The notes below the pieces were generated by a model, which saw only the letters and a program-made list of their open reading frames with translations, did no database searches and was not told the DNA's origin. A stretch of 64,000 nucleotides of DNA from the human T2T-CHM13v2.0 reference genome, Homo sapiens. Made by a program: the position numbers and the translations under genes. This document shows, piece by piece, positions 1 through 17,589 of the stretch. The stretch's first letter is position 1. The number at the start of each line of letters is the position of its first letter. Location of the stretch: NCBI RefSeq assembly GCF_009914755.1, contig NC_060933.1, one strand, 5' to 3'.

Positions 1-929
1 AGGATAGTTTAATAAAATAACATTATAGAATCCCTCTGGGACACCTTCAGTGGATGCAGAGGTACTTCTTGAATAAAATTGTCCTTACTAAGAGCTTGTA
101 ACACCCAGTTCAACAATTCAGCAAATTTTACTTAATGCCCCCTCTTGTGCTGTAGAGACGGATGGTGCAGTTCCTGAGCCCTGTGCCCTGTAGGCTCATA
201 GAGGAGAAAGTGTGTACATCTGTATTGCAAGGAAATAATAGATTCTTTATATCCTGCTACAACCTACCTAAGTCAATTCCACCCCTGCCCCATGTTCCCT
301 GTATCTAGAAGCAGAGTGTGGAGGGACTGTAAGAGGGTGGGGTTTCAAGTTAACAGTAAATTGAAGGTAATATTGGGTGGAGGAGGCCAGTGGAGAGACA
401 CTTTGGAGCAAACTAGATTGGAAGTCAGGCAAGGTGTCTCTGGCATGATAAACAGGCCAGAGTGGGAATTTGAGACAGAAGTAGCCTACAGTAAGTTTAC
501 AAGCCACAGTTCATGGTCCCTTCTCTCTGTAGAAAATTCTAGTTAGAAATTTAGTTAGAATTCTCTAACTAGAATTTCCAGAATGTGTGTTAGGCATTAA
601 AGTCCACATATTTTTTGACAAATGCTGCCTTGTTCTAGAGTTATTTGCATATATACATAAACCTCTCTCTAGGCCACAAACCCTTAGAGAGCAGATACAG
701 CTCCTGATTCACTTTTCTGTCTCCACAGTATGATCCGGTGGGAGGCTTGGCTCACTGTAGTCCCCATAATCGCCCTCACTCCCTGCTTCATGAACATGCA
801 GCCTGGGACAGTAATTTATACACTCAGGGCTTGATGCTGCTGTGACTTAATAATAGCAATATCATCATCTGTGTCAGAGCTCTTTCTACTGTCATTCATT
901 CTGTGCCCAGCGCAGTCCTATGTGTTAGA

Positions 930-1830
930 GATAGAGTAATTGAACAGCAAAGTCCCTGCCTTTATGAAACCTACATTTTAATGGGGAGAGATAAACAATA
1001 AGGAAATAAATAAAATATATAATGTGTCAGATGGTGATAAGTGCTTTGGAGAAAACTGAGCTGGGCATAATAGGATAAGAAAAAGGAGGTTGATGGTGGC
1101 TGCTATTTTAAATAGTGTGGTCAGAGAAGGCTTGACTGATAGGGTGACAGGTGAACAGAACTGATGGAGGTGAGAGGCCAGATATGCCATGCTGATATCT
1201 GGGAGGGCATTCCAGGTATAGGGGCACCAGCAAATGGCCCAAGGAGGGGAGTGTTAAGGAGGTGGGATCAGAGAAGAAGCCTATTATTGCCCCTTGTAGG
1301 ATTTCTACTCTGAGTGAGATGGGTAGTCATGGCATGGTTTTGGACAGAGGAGTGATACGATCTGACTTACATGTTTAAAGAATTATTCTGGCTACTATGT
1401 GGGACAGGGGCAGAGGAAGCAAGAAGAACAATCAGAATGGTATTGCAATGATCCAGATGAGAGATAATTAAGGTTTGGATGATGGCAGTGGTGAAGCCAT
1501 GGTCAGATTCTGGATTAACTTATAACTTGAATATGGGGTGAGACATAAAGAATCAAGATAAAGATTTGTTGTGAACAACTGGAAGGATGGAGTTAGCATT
1601 CACAGATCAGGAAGATTGGGAGAAGCAGGCTTGGAGGAGATGATCAAGAGTTTCATTTTGGATGTGCTAACAGGTTAGGGAGAAAACAGCAAAGGAGCAG
1701 CCAGTGAGGCAGAGGAAAACTGGAAAAATATAGTGTCTCGGAAGCCAAGAGGAAAGACTGTTTCAAGGAGGAGAGACTAATCCACTGTGTCAAACTTTGC
1801 TAAAGTAGAGGAAGGATTGAGAATTGTCCT
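930..1830 (-). mobile_element. L2 fragment(s)
   Basis: L2-typical motifs (aaagtccctgcc...tacattttaatgggga; tttggacagaggagtgatacgatctgactta). Confidence 0.6.
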
Positions 1831-2212
1831 AACAATTGATTTCCTAACAATTCAATTCATTTAAATTAATTATAGATTATGGAGGTGAAGTAACTTGGCC
1901 AAGGGCATGCAGATGAAACCAGCTATATAATTTTTGGGGGACCCATGGCAAAATGAAGACAGAGGGCTTCTCCTTCAAAAATTGCTAAGAATTTCAAGAT
2001 GGCTATAGCAGAAAATTAAACCTAGCAAGTGTTTCACAAGTGTTTCATTGGATCCTTGAAGCAGACTTATAACATAGCTATTATTGTCCTCATTTTTCTG
2101 ATGAAGAAACTGGTGCTCAGTGCATTGAGTGATATAACTAAGATCACAGAGTGAGACTGGTAGTTCGCACCAGAAGCTGGGCCTTCAGCCTCCAATTCCC
2201 TCTAATTCCTTC

Positions 2213-2529
2213 TTTTTTTTTTTTTTTTTTTTGTTTTTGAGATGGGGTCTCACTCTGTTGCCCAGGCTGGAGTGCAGTGGCACAATCACAGTTCACTGCA
2301 GCCTCTACCTCCCTGGGCTCAGGTGATCCTCCCACCTCAGCCTCCCAAGTAGCTGGGACTACAGGCATACACCACCATGCCTGGCTAATTTTTTGTATTT
2401 TTTTTGTAGAGATAGGGTTTTGACACATTGCCCAGGCTGGTCTTGAATTCCTGGGCTCAAGCAATACCCCTGCCTTTGCGTGCCAAAGTGCTAGGATTAC
2501 AGGCATGAGCTACCAAGCCCAGCCTGGCC
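2213..2529 (-). mobile_element. AluJ
   Basis: Poly-T followed by antisense dimeric Alu with J diagnostics (gggctcaagcaat). Confidence 0.9.
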
Positions 2530-3719
2530 CTCTTCCTACTAGAACAAACTAGGTATTGAGGGAGAGAGTTGCTTTCCTGCTTCCTGACCATCTGGAGCAG
2601 GTGTAAGTATTGAGAATTTGGTCATACATTTCAGAGGCCTGACTGAACTGGGCAAATGAAGGAGGGAGGAAACACATTGCTGAAACTTCTGCCCTAGGGC
2701 CCTTTAAGATGGGGGTGAAAAGGGAGCACAGGAAAAAATAGCTCAGGCCATGTACTGGATACTGTTTAGTCAAAAACAAGACGGGGTAAAAGTGCCCCAA
2801 AGCTAACGCCATTTAAGGCTATATTGATAAAAATTATAGCGCCTCCAAAACCAGAGAGATGAGAGCCCTGGTACACTTTGGTTTGTCATGCCATAGTCAG
2901 AGAGCCATACTGTGAAGACCATATTATATGAAAGCATACACTGAAAAGAATGAGGGGTACAGGGCTCTATCATTTTCCTGGCTGGGTAACTTGGGGAAAA
3001 TCACTTAATTCTTTCTGATCCTCAGTTTCTTCCCTTGTAAAATAGAGAAAGGTAATACCTCATGGGGATTCTGTGAGGATAAAAGAGATCATGGGAGCTT
3101 TTTATAAAATGAAAAACACGGCAGATATAAGTCCCATCAACCCGGACAGTGTTGATAGTGATATTAGAGTGTTCTAATGATGCACCTGGGCAATTTCCTA
3201 AAATACATTTGGGTGGAAAAGTCATGGAAGGGAACACAATGGACACTTGTTTTTCTTAGCATTCCTTCCTTGCTGACATACTTTTTCAAAGCTTTTAAAT
3301 ACTTTTCAAAGACTGGATCAAGCTTTGCTTTCCTAAGTGGAGAAGGAGAAGGACAGTTTCTTGTTCCCCTCTCTCTCAGTCTGTTGATGCATGATAAATG
3401 ACTTCTGTCTGCTAAAACAGATGCTGCTGTACACATATAGATAACATGTTCTATAACTTAGAATGGCTGTAGCCTGCCTTTCAATCTAGTTTGTCCCAAA
3501 GTCCCTCCTCTGGAATCCTCCCACAAATGCTCCTTCTGTTAGAGTATAGACAAACATCTCTGAATAAACACTGATGAGTGGTCATTTATCTGGGGAAGAG
3601 CAATTCTGGTCCCACCTTGAGCCTCCCCCTTATCCCTGTCCTTTCATTTCTGAACTTCTTGAACTAGTAATATATTCTCAGTGTCTCCTTTTCCCCCTAC
3701 ACCATTTCATTGCTTTGCA

Positions 3720-4690
3720 TATGTAATCTAGCTTTTTCTTTCACTCATTCTCTCATAAATCATCAATGATTTCCTAATGGCCAAATCCAGTGGTCCATTC
3801 TCAGTTCTTCTTTTTTGACCTCTCTGCAGCTTATAATTCCTCTGAGTACTCCTATCCTCCATGAAATTTGCTCCACTTTTGGCCTCTCTGATGGTGTGGA
3901 GCCTCTCTGATGGTGTGGTGTTCTCACCTCTCTCTCCCTTCTCCTCCTCCTTGCTCACAGGCTTCTCTTTCACTCCCCTAGGTATGGGAGGTGTTTTCCA
4001 AGAGTCCCTGATCCTTTTGAGTTAATACTCTTACCCAAAGACAGTTGATCCAACTATATACTTTTAGCTACTACCTCTTTGCAGATGTCTTCTAAATAAA
4101 TATGTCTGAGTTCTAAGATCACATTTCCAAGTGTTTCTTGGTTATCACTTATTAGCTGGATGTCCCACTGCACCTCAAACTTAGCATAACTAAAAGCAAA
4201 TATATGTTCCCCCCTAAAACTAGGCTCCCTGTGCTTTATTTCTGTTAGAATAGTAGTACCATGCCTGGCCATCTAGTTCTTAGCCTTCAGAAGTCTCTTT
4301 GACTCTGCCTCTTCACTTTGTCTCTCACATTCAGCTAGATACAGTTCTGCCAGTTCTTTCTTCCCAGTGTCCCACATGCTCATTCCATCTTTTCCTGTCC
4401 TATACCACCATCCCAGAGAGGGGCCTCAACTTCTCATTGGAAGCATTGGAAAAGCTCCCTAAGTGGCTATCTGCTTTCATCTGCCCTCACCCTCCCAAGT
4501 CCATCCTGCACAAACATCCAGAATATTCCTGCTACAGCTGGCTCTGAACCAGTCACTTCCATGTTTAGAATCCTGTAAAGCCTCAGTATTGCCTGCAGAA
4601 TAAAGACTAAATTTCCCAGTCTGGCATTTAAGTCTAACTTCCCAATGTTCTTTCCCATTACTTTCCTGGAACTACCCAATGTTTCCATTA
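3720..4690 (+). mobile_element. L2 fragments
   Basis: Motifs gccaaatccagtgg...ttctcagtt, ctcaaacttagcat, gcagaataaagactaaa. Confidence 0.55.
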
Positions 4691-4800
4691 AATAGTACCA
4701 CTTGCCTTCCCTGTTTTGCCGTGAATCTTTCTAACACCCACAGTACCTATCTTCATAACTTCTGGTTGTTCAGTCTTCTGTCATATGTCTGCCGATCCAG
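4690..4800 (-). other. HEMGN: Possible non-coding upstream first exon/promoter of HEMGN
   Basis: Recalled gene order (HEMGN divergent, roughly 40 kb upstream of ANP32B) plus a minus-strand donor-like AG|GTACTG at 4747/4746; no HEMGN coding sequence is visible in the window. Confidence 0.25.
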
Positions 4801-4828
4801 ATAGTGAGTGCCTTAATCACAAAGCCTT

Positions 4829-4868
4829 TGATGATGATGATGATGACAACGATGACAATGATATGATG
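4829..4868. repeat. (GAT)n degenerate trinucleotide repeat
   Basis: tgatgatgatgatgatgacaacgatgac. Confidence 0.8.
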
Positions 4869-5189
4869 AGACTTTAGTCACTCTACAAACTCATAATGGG
4901 TAGCTGACACTTTATATGCAGTATCTCATTTCATTTTTCCAACTAATAGTATCCCCATTTCACTGATAACAAAACCATGGTTTAAAGAGGTTATATCCCT
5001 AGATCACATAAACTCATGAGTGGCAGAATTAGGGCTCAAAACTAAGGCTGTCCGACTGTAAAGTTTAGGGATTTAACCATTCTGTTCTATTCCCTTTAAT
5101 TGCCTAGATGTGGTCTCTCCTTTCTGAGCTATAACCATGCTTGATTTTAGCCTCTTTTGTAGTGAATGTTACATAACTTTTTTGCACAT

Positions 5190-5192
<3 letters not shown>

Positions 5193-5228
<36 letters not shown>

Positions 5229-5300
5229 TTACCATACATATATATACATATATATATATATATATACATCTTACCATACATATATATACATATATATATA
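5193..5300. repeat. (TA)n compound microsatellite at the L1 3' end
   Basis: TA runs interrupted by CATCTTACCATAC at 5225 and 5267. Confidence 0.9.
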
Positions 5301-5502
5301 AATACTTTAAGTTCTAGGGTACATGTGCACAACGTGCAGGTTTGTTACATAGGTATACATGTGATATGTTGGTTTGCTTCACCCATTAACTCGTCATTTA
5401 CATTGGGTATTTCTCCTAATGCTATCCCTCCCCCTGCCCCCCACCCCCAGACAGGCCCCAGTGTGTGATGTTCCCCTCCTTGTGTCCAAGTGTTCTCATT
5501 GT

Positions 5503-9354
<3,852 letters not shown>

Positions 9355-9403
9355 TTATTTTGCCCGTTAATTGATGCAGTTTCTTCATAGCATTGATGGT
9401 CTT

Positions 9404-10422
9404 TCCAATTTGGCATGTTTTTGCAGTGGCTGGTACTGGTTGTTCCTTTCCATGTTTAGTGCTTCCTTCAGGAGCTCTTGTAAGGTAGGACTGGTGGTGA
9501 CAAAATCTCTCAGCATTTGCTTGTCTGTAAAAGATTTTATTTCTCCTTCACTTATGAAGCTTAGTTTGGCTGGATATGAAATTCTGGGTTGAAAATTCTT
9601 TTCTTTAAGAATGTTGAATATTGGCCCCCACTCTCTTCTGGCTTGTAGAGTTTCTGCTGAGAGATCCGCTGTTAGTCTGATGGACTTTCCTTTGTGGATA
9701 ACCCGACCTTTCTCTCTGGCTGCCCTTACATTTTTTCCTTCATTTCAACCTTGGTGAATCTGACAATTATGTATCTTGGGGTTGCTCTTCTCAGGGAGTA
9801 TCTTTGTGGTGTTCTCTGTATTTCCTGAATTTGAATGTTGGCCTGCCTTGCTAGGTTGGGGAAGTCCTCCTGGATAATATCCTGAAGAGTATTCTCCAAC
9901 TTGGTTTCATTCTTCCCGTCACTTTCAGGTATGCTGATCAAACGTAGATTTGGTCTTTTCACATAGTCCCATATTTCTTGGAGGCTTTGTTCATTTATTT
10001 TTACTCTTTTTTCTCTAAACTTCTCAATTTATTTCATTAATTTGATCTTCAATCACTGATACCCTTTCTTCCACTTGATCAAATTGGCTATTGAAGCTTG
10101 TGCATGCATCACGTAGTTCTCATGCCATGGTTTTCAGTTCCATCAGGTCATTTAAGGTCTTCTCTACACTGTTTATTCTAGTTAGCCATTTGTCTAATCT
10201 TTTTTCAAGGTTTTTAGCTTCCTTGAGATGGGTTCAAACATCCTCCTTTAGCTCGGAGAAGTTTGTTATTACCGACCTTCTGAAGCCTACTTCTGTTAAC
10301 TCATCAAAGTCATTCTCTGTCCAGCTTTGTTCTGTTGCTGGCGAGGAGCTGCGATCCTTTGGAGGAGAAGAGATGCTCTGGTTTTTAGAATTTTCAGCTT
10401 TTCTGCTCTGGTTTCTTCCCAT
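9404..10422 (-). pseudogene. L1 ORF1p, disrupted
   Basis: Fragments MGRNQSRKAENSKNQS... (10234..10422) and KRPNLRLISIPE...TKVEMKEKM (9726..9962); premature stops. Confidence 0.9.
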
Positions 10423-11023
10423 CTTTGTGGTTTTATCTACCTTTGGTCTTTGATGTTGGTGACCTACAGATGGGGTTTTGGTGTGGATGTCCTTTATGTT
10501 GATGTTGATGCTATTCCTTTATGTTTGTTAGTTTTCCTTCTAACAGTCAGGTCCCTCAGCTGCAGGTCTGTTGGAGTTTGCTGGAGGTCCACTCCAGACC
10601 ATTTGCCTGGGTATCACCAGCAGGGAGGCTGAAGAACAGCAAATATTGCAGAACAGCAAATATTGCTGCCTGATCCTTCCTCTGGAAGCTTTGTCCCAGA
10701 GGGGCACCCGCCTGTATGAGGTGTCAGTCGGCCCCTACTGGGAGGTTTTTCCCAGTTAGGCTACACAGGGGTCAAGAACCCACTTGAGGGGGCAGTCTGT
10801 CCATTCTCAGAGCTCAAACACCATGCTGGGAGAACCACTGCTCTCTTCAGAGCTGTCAGACAGGGACATTTAGTCTACAGAGGTTTCTGCTGCCTTTTGT
10901 TCAGCTATGCCCTGCCCCCAGAGGTGGAGTCTATAGAGGCAGCAAGCCTTGCAGCAGTGAACTGGTGGGCTCCGCCCAGTTCAAGCTTCCTGGATGCTTT
11001 ATTTACCTACTCAAGCCTCAGCA

Positions 11024-11191
11024 ATGGCGGATGCCCCTCCCCATGCCGGGCTGCTGCCTCGCAGGTTGATCTCAGACTGCTGCACTAGCAGTGAGCAAGG
11101 CCCCATGGGTGTGGGACCTGCCGAGCCAGGCACAGGATATAATCTCCTGATGTGCTGTTTGCTAAGACTGTTGGAAAAGTGCAGTATTTGA
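11024..11191 (+). pseudogene. L1 antisense ORF0 homologue, truncated at 55 aa
   Basis: MADAPPHAGLLPRRLISDCCTSSEQGPMGVGPAEPGTGYNLL aligns by eye with primate L1 ORF0 (MAGAPPPASLPPCSLISDCC...GVGPSEPG.GY); premature TGA at 11189. Confidence 0.8.
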
Positions 11192-11689
11192 GCAGGAGTG
11201 TACTGTTTTTCAGGTACAGTCTGTCACGGCTTCCCTTGGCTAGGAAAGGGAAATCCCCTAGTCCCTTGCACTTCCCAGGTGAGGCGACACCCATCCCTGC
11301 TTTGGCTTGCCCTCCGTGGGCTGCACCCACTGTCCAACCAGTCCCAGTGAGATGAACCAGGTACCTCAGTTGGAAATGCCGAAATCACCCATCTTCTGCA
11401 TCAATCACACTGGGAGCTGCAGACCAGAGCTGTTCTTATTAGGCCATCTTGGAATGGACCTCTAATATTTTTTATTTTATTGCTTATGTGTACACATCTT
11501 TTCTATTATATTCACTCAGCAAACATTTATTAAGCATTTATTTCTTACTAACCCCTTTGCTAAGAATTGGAGACAGAGAGAGAAATCAAATGAGAGTCTT
11601 TTCCTTCAAGGAACTCACAGCCTAATTGAGGGTGGTAGACAGCAAGTAAACCTGGATTTAGAATATAATACAGTGTGATAATGTTCTTT

Positions 11690-11993
11690 CTTTATTTACT
11701 TATTTAAGAGACAAGGTCTTGCTCTATCACACAGGCTGAAGTGCAGTGGTGCAATCATAGCTCACTGCAGCCTCTAACTTCTGGGCTCAAACGATCCTCC
11801 CGCCCCAGCATCCTGAACAGCTAGGACTACAGGCACATGCCACCATGCCCAGCTAATTTTTAAAACATTTTTTTGTAGAGATAGCATCTCACTATGTTGC
11901 CCAGGCTGGTCTCAAACTCCTGGCCTCAAGCCATCCTCTTGCCTCAGTTTTCCAAAATGTTGGGATTACAGGTGTGAGCCACTGCACTCAGCC
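11690..11993 (-). mobile_element. AluJ
   Basis: Antisense Alu body with (TTTA)n tail. Confidence 0.9.
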
Positions 11994-12219
11994 CAGTGTG
12001 ATAATTTTAATATCAATATTTCTAAATGTTCTGAGCATAGAGATGGGGTGCTTAATGCTGCTACCATGGGATTGGAAAGACAAGGCTATTACATTGTTCA
12101 TCCTATGGGTATAATTGTCTTTATTCATACTGCCTTGGAAAGACCCTGCCATCAGTCAATCAGTTGGGAAATGAAGAGGCATTATATGTATATAATAGTG
12201 TTACATTCACTTTTATTTA

Positions 12220-12470
12220 TTTCACAGAAATAATAATAGCCAATATTTAAAGTACTTGCTTATCACATCTCAAGCACTGCTCTAAGCACTTTACGTATAG
12301 TAACTCATTAGTCTTTACAACAGTCTTTAAGGTAGGTGCTATTGATACCTCTATTTTATAGAAGAAGCAACTGAAGCACAGGCTTTAAATCTGTGCTCTA
12401 AGACACTCTCCTAGTAAGTAGCAAAGGTAGGTGGCTTGAATCTAGAGGCCATATGCTTAACCACCTTCCT
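12220..12470 (-). mobile_element. MIR
   Basis: MIR core attttatagaagaagcaactgaagcacag. Confidence 0.6.
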
Positions 12471-12916
12471 CTCCTATCTCTCAATTCTACTTCCTTAGTA
12501 TTTAATAAAATAAGGTAGCAATATATTTTCTTTTGTAATTCTTTCCCTCTCCTTTCTCCCCTTTCTCCCCCTCCTTCACACTCCCTCTGTTTCCATAATG
12601 ATTTGTTGACTACCTATTCTATGCAGGGTGTTGGGGACGCAAAGGCAAATATAACAACAACAACAGCAAAAGACATACTTAGAAAATTAAGGGAACACTG
12701 AGGAGAGAGATGTCTAAACAGGATGGAGAGAGGAGGTCAAAGAAGCCCTCCTGGAAGAGATGATCTTGAGCTTAGTTTTGAAGGGTGAATAGGAATCAAC
12801 TACTAGGATACAGCAAGGCTTAGGGGAAAAAACACAGGCTCTGGAATCAGATCCAAGTTCATTCAAATCAAGTTGTGTGTGACCTTGGGCAAGTTACTTA
12901 AAATCTTCCAGGCTCA

Positions 12917-13267
<351 letters not shown>

Positions 13268-13759
13268 TTAAGGCTGTTGTGAGAATAAGAATGATGACTT
13301 ACGGAAAGCATCCTGCACAGTGCCTGCCACAAAGCAGACCGTATGTGCTGGCTGTTATCATGATTGTTTATAATCTCATTAATAAAAAGTGAAATAGAAC
13401 CACCAAATAATAAAGCTAAGCAGAGCATTAAGAGTTATTATGTAGATAAGGAAATGGAGACCCAGAGAGAAGCCAGTGTCACACAGGCTGAGTGGCAGTT
13501 GGAACTGGAATCCAGATCTTCTGACAGTCTACTTTTTTCTTCGCCTATCTGACATTCCAAACTCCTTTGTTTACAAGTCAATCCACCTCATCCCCCAGGA
13601 TAACAAAGAAGTTCTCAAACTTTCCAATTGTTTGTACTCTACCTTTGTGATTTTTACCATGTTCTTGTATTGACGTGCTTTTATGCTATTATTTACTTAG
13701 TTTTTTTTTTTTTTTCAAATAAACTCATTTTTACTAAAAGTACTTTAAATTAAACTTTA

Positions 13760-13985
13760 GCTGGGGCAACAGAGAAACCTCATCTCTACCAAAAAAAATT
13801 TTTTTTTAAATTAGCCAAGCATGATGGTGTGTACCTGTGTTCCCAGCTACTTGGGAGGCTAAGGTGGGAAGATTGCTTGAGCCCAGGAGTTCAAGGCTGC
13901 AGTGAGCCATGATCACACTACTGTACTCCAGCCTAGGTAGCAGAATAAGACCCTCTCTCAAAAATAAATAAATAAATAAATAAGC
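13760..13985 (+). mobile_element. 5'-truncated AluJ
   Basis: Right arm plus (AAAT)n tail. Confidence 0.85.
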
Positions 13986-15451
13986 AAATACAGTGAAAAT
14001 TTCATATCATTATCGTAAATGGAAAACCAAAAATATCACCTGTGAAATCATAGGTTTGTGGTATAATATAGTTCTTCAAAGACATCTTAAAATAAATACT
14101 GAAATATTAAAATAAAAGGCGTTTCATCAAAAATTATCTGCGCTGCCCTGAGTGGCATGCATACTACTTCTTAGGAAATGCTGGCCTATAGAGTGAATTA
14201 TTTTCCTTTCACAGAAATTCTAGATCATGTACAAATCTATCCTAAAACAAAACTGCCCTTTTCAGTGGCTGGTTTATATTCAGAAGGCACAGAACATAAG
14301 ACCCAACTCACTCCCTGGCCTGCCACCGACCCACTGTTATTCGTATCAGCTATCACTGGTCCTTAGTTGAATACTAGTCTCACCTCTTTTAGCTAACTTC
14401 TCTACTCCTTGGAGTTTTAGATCCCTGGCATAAAACATGTACTAGAACCTAATATGATAAAGTGCATTTGTTTGGAAACTTCAGCACCCTGTTTCTAGCA
14501 GATTCTATCACATGGACTTGGGGTTTAGAGTTGGGATAACCTAGATCAGTTCCTGCCCAAAAGGGACCACTGCTTCCAAATGCAACCTTCCAAATGGTTC
14601 CATTCCAGGTGGCTGCCAGTGGGCCTGTGAACCAATTGAGGTACAGGTGCTTCTGGCTAGAACTGCTGCCACTAGGTGGACATAAATGGCAATTGCACCA
14701 TTCTGACCTGTCAACTAGGTCATGAGCCCTGGCTCCAGCACTTTCCCTTAGAGGCAGTTGGCCTTTCTCTGTTAATTCTCTGACACCCTCTGTTCCCCCT
14801 TCCTCCAAGTCCTCCTCTGGGTAAGTTAGCACTGGGGATGTTTGCATACCTAGCACTTAGCTAACTGATATTCTGTCACAACCTGCTCAACAAATGTTAG
14901 GCTTTTTTGTATTTTGTTAGAATTTAGTGACACTTAGGTTATATTTTTAGCCAGGTTGGAGAGGGAAAAGGAGGAGTTACTTTAGCATGCAGGAAATGTA
15001 TTGCCAGGTCTTTCTTGCCTGGCATTCTCCTAAGCATCTGTGAATACCTTTAACACACAGCGTTCAGGATCTGATCTGATCTGATTTTATCAGCTTGTAT
15101 CCTGGGCAAAGCCAACAAGAGGATGAAGAACATTTTGTGCTTCTTCATGTTCTGTATCATTACCCTTTATTGTTAGTGCTCTCATCTCTTTCTAAAGAGG
15201 CCAGCCTTGCTCAACCATGGTAGACACCTGTGTGGGAGTCACATAGCAAAGTCTGATGCACCACTGGAAGTAAAGAAGGTCTGGTCTAGAACTTTGTAAT
15301 GAGGGTCCCCCCACCATCAGCAAGAAGTACATCTTATTCATATGTTTAAATATCAGAATGTTCTTGTGATCAAGAGAAAAATTAAAACAAACTCAGACAG
15401 AATCTCCATCCTCAAAGACTGCTAGGAACATCAAGAATTACCCACAGTTCT

Positions 15452-16091
<640 letters not shown>

Positions 16092-17304
16092 TTACCCATA
16101 GTTCTATCTGAAGGGCCTGGGACTTCCTGATGAAAACAAAAATAGGATATCACTTTTATAGCAGCCTATTAGACAACAAAAATAGAATATCATTAAAATT
16201 GGAGACTGCATTTCACGTCTGTGTCAGAAACACTAACTAATAGGAGCAATTGTCACCCTGAAAAGTATGTGGTGCAGTGGTTAGAACCTGGACTGCAAAC
16301 AGAAGAAAGTGGGGTATCTATTTCCATCAAGCTGCTATTAACTCTGATTTTGCCCAGTTCAAGTAGATGTACAATACTTTGTTCTTATGCAGGGAGGCTG
16401 GGGAGAATCCTGTCAGGCAGAGCTTAAACAACCTCTCCATCCAACCAAGGCAGATTGTCCTTCCTAGAAAATCATCCACCTACACTGACCTATCAAAAAC
16501 TCCCTTAGCACACCCACTACCAAATATGGCACCCAAATGAATTTAGTCATCTCTCAGAAGAAATGAATCAAGTGAACCTTCACTAATCCAGTCAATTTAA
16601 TTCCCCCTTAATGGGAATTAAATTAAGAACTGAATAATGCATGATGACATTTCTGCTTTCTAGTCTTATATAGAAATTATTCCTCTAGCTTTAAATCATG
16701 GTTATCTCTGATAGAGGAAATGAACAATTGATCAAGTAATAGGAGTGCCATGTTGTAGGAAGTGAAGGAGTAGAAAAACTAGAGTGAGAAGTAGGTGATA
16801 GAATAAGTAAATAATGAGCTTGAGACTCTTTGATAAGCCAGACAGGGATGCTGGGCTGGGCAGGAGAGCTATTTGTTTTGGAAATTACTTAGCTGATCAT
16901 TTCAGGAGTTACATGAACCTGGGACACAGTAAACACTAAATTTCATAGAATGTCCTGCCTGGAAGAAATCTGTAATTTCATTTAGCCAAACTTCCCAAGA
17001 GATGCCTGAAAGCCTTCTATAGACTCAATTTGCTAGAAAATGTTTCTGATTTTAAGCATTCTATTAACACGAAACCCCAGCAAATATTTAAAAAATAACT
17101 CCCATGTGTTGCAGTTCTGATTATTACTTCATAGCCGTAAGAATGGGACTTCACCTTTATGATCCTTTGCTTACAATGTATGTGACCTTGGGCCAGTCAT
17201 TTCACCTCTCTGGACATTAGTTTCTTTATGTATAAATAACAACTCCAGCCCTGCCTTGCCTGCCTGCCACTCAGGGTAAATAATGGGCTAAAGAAGGTAA
17301 TATT

Positions 17305-17530
<226 letters not shown>

Positions 17531-17589
17531 TTAGTGGAAGTCTCTTGGTAACCATTAAGGTATGGTGGACATTTTAAAATACTGTATAA

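Noticed and set aside
5166-5468. ORF with (YI)n repeats
   Set aside because: Translation of the (TA)n microsatellite plus antisense L1 3' UTR.
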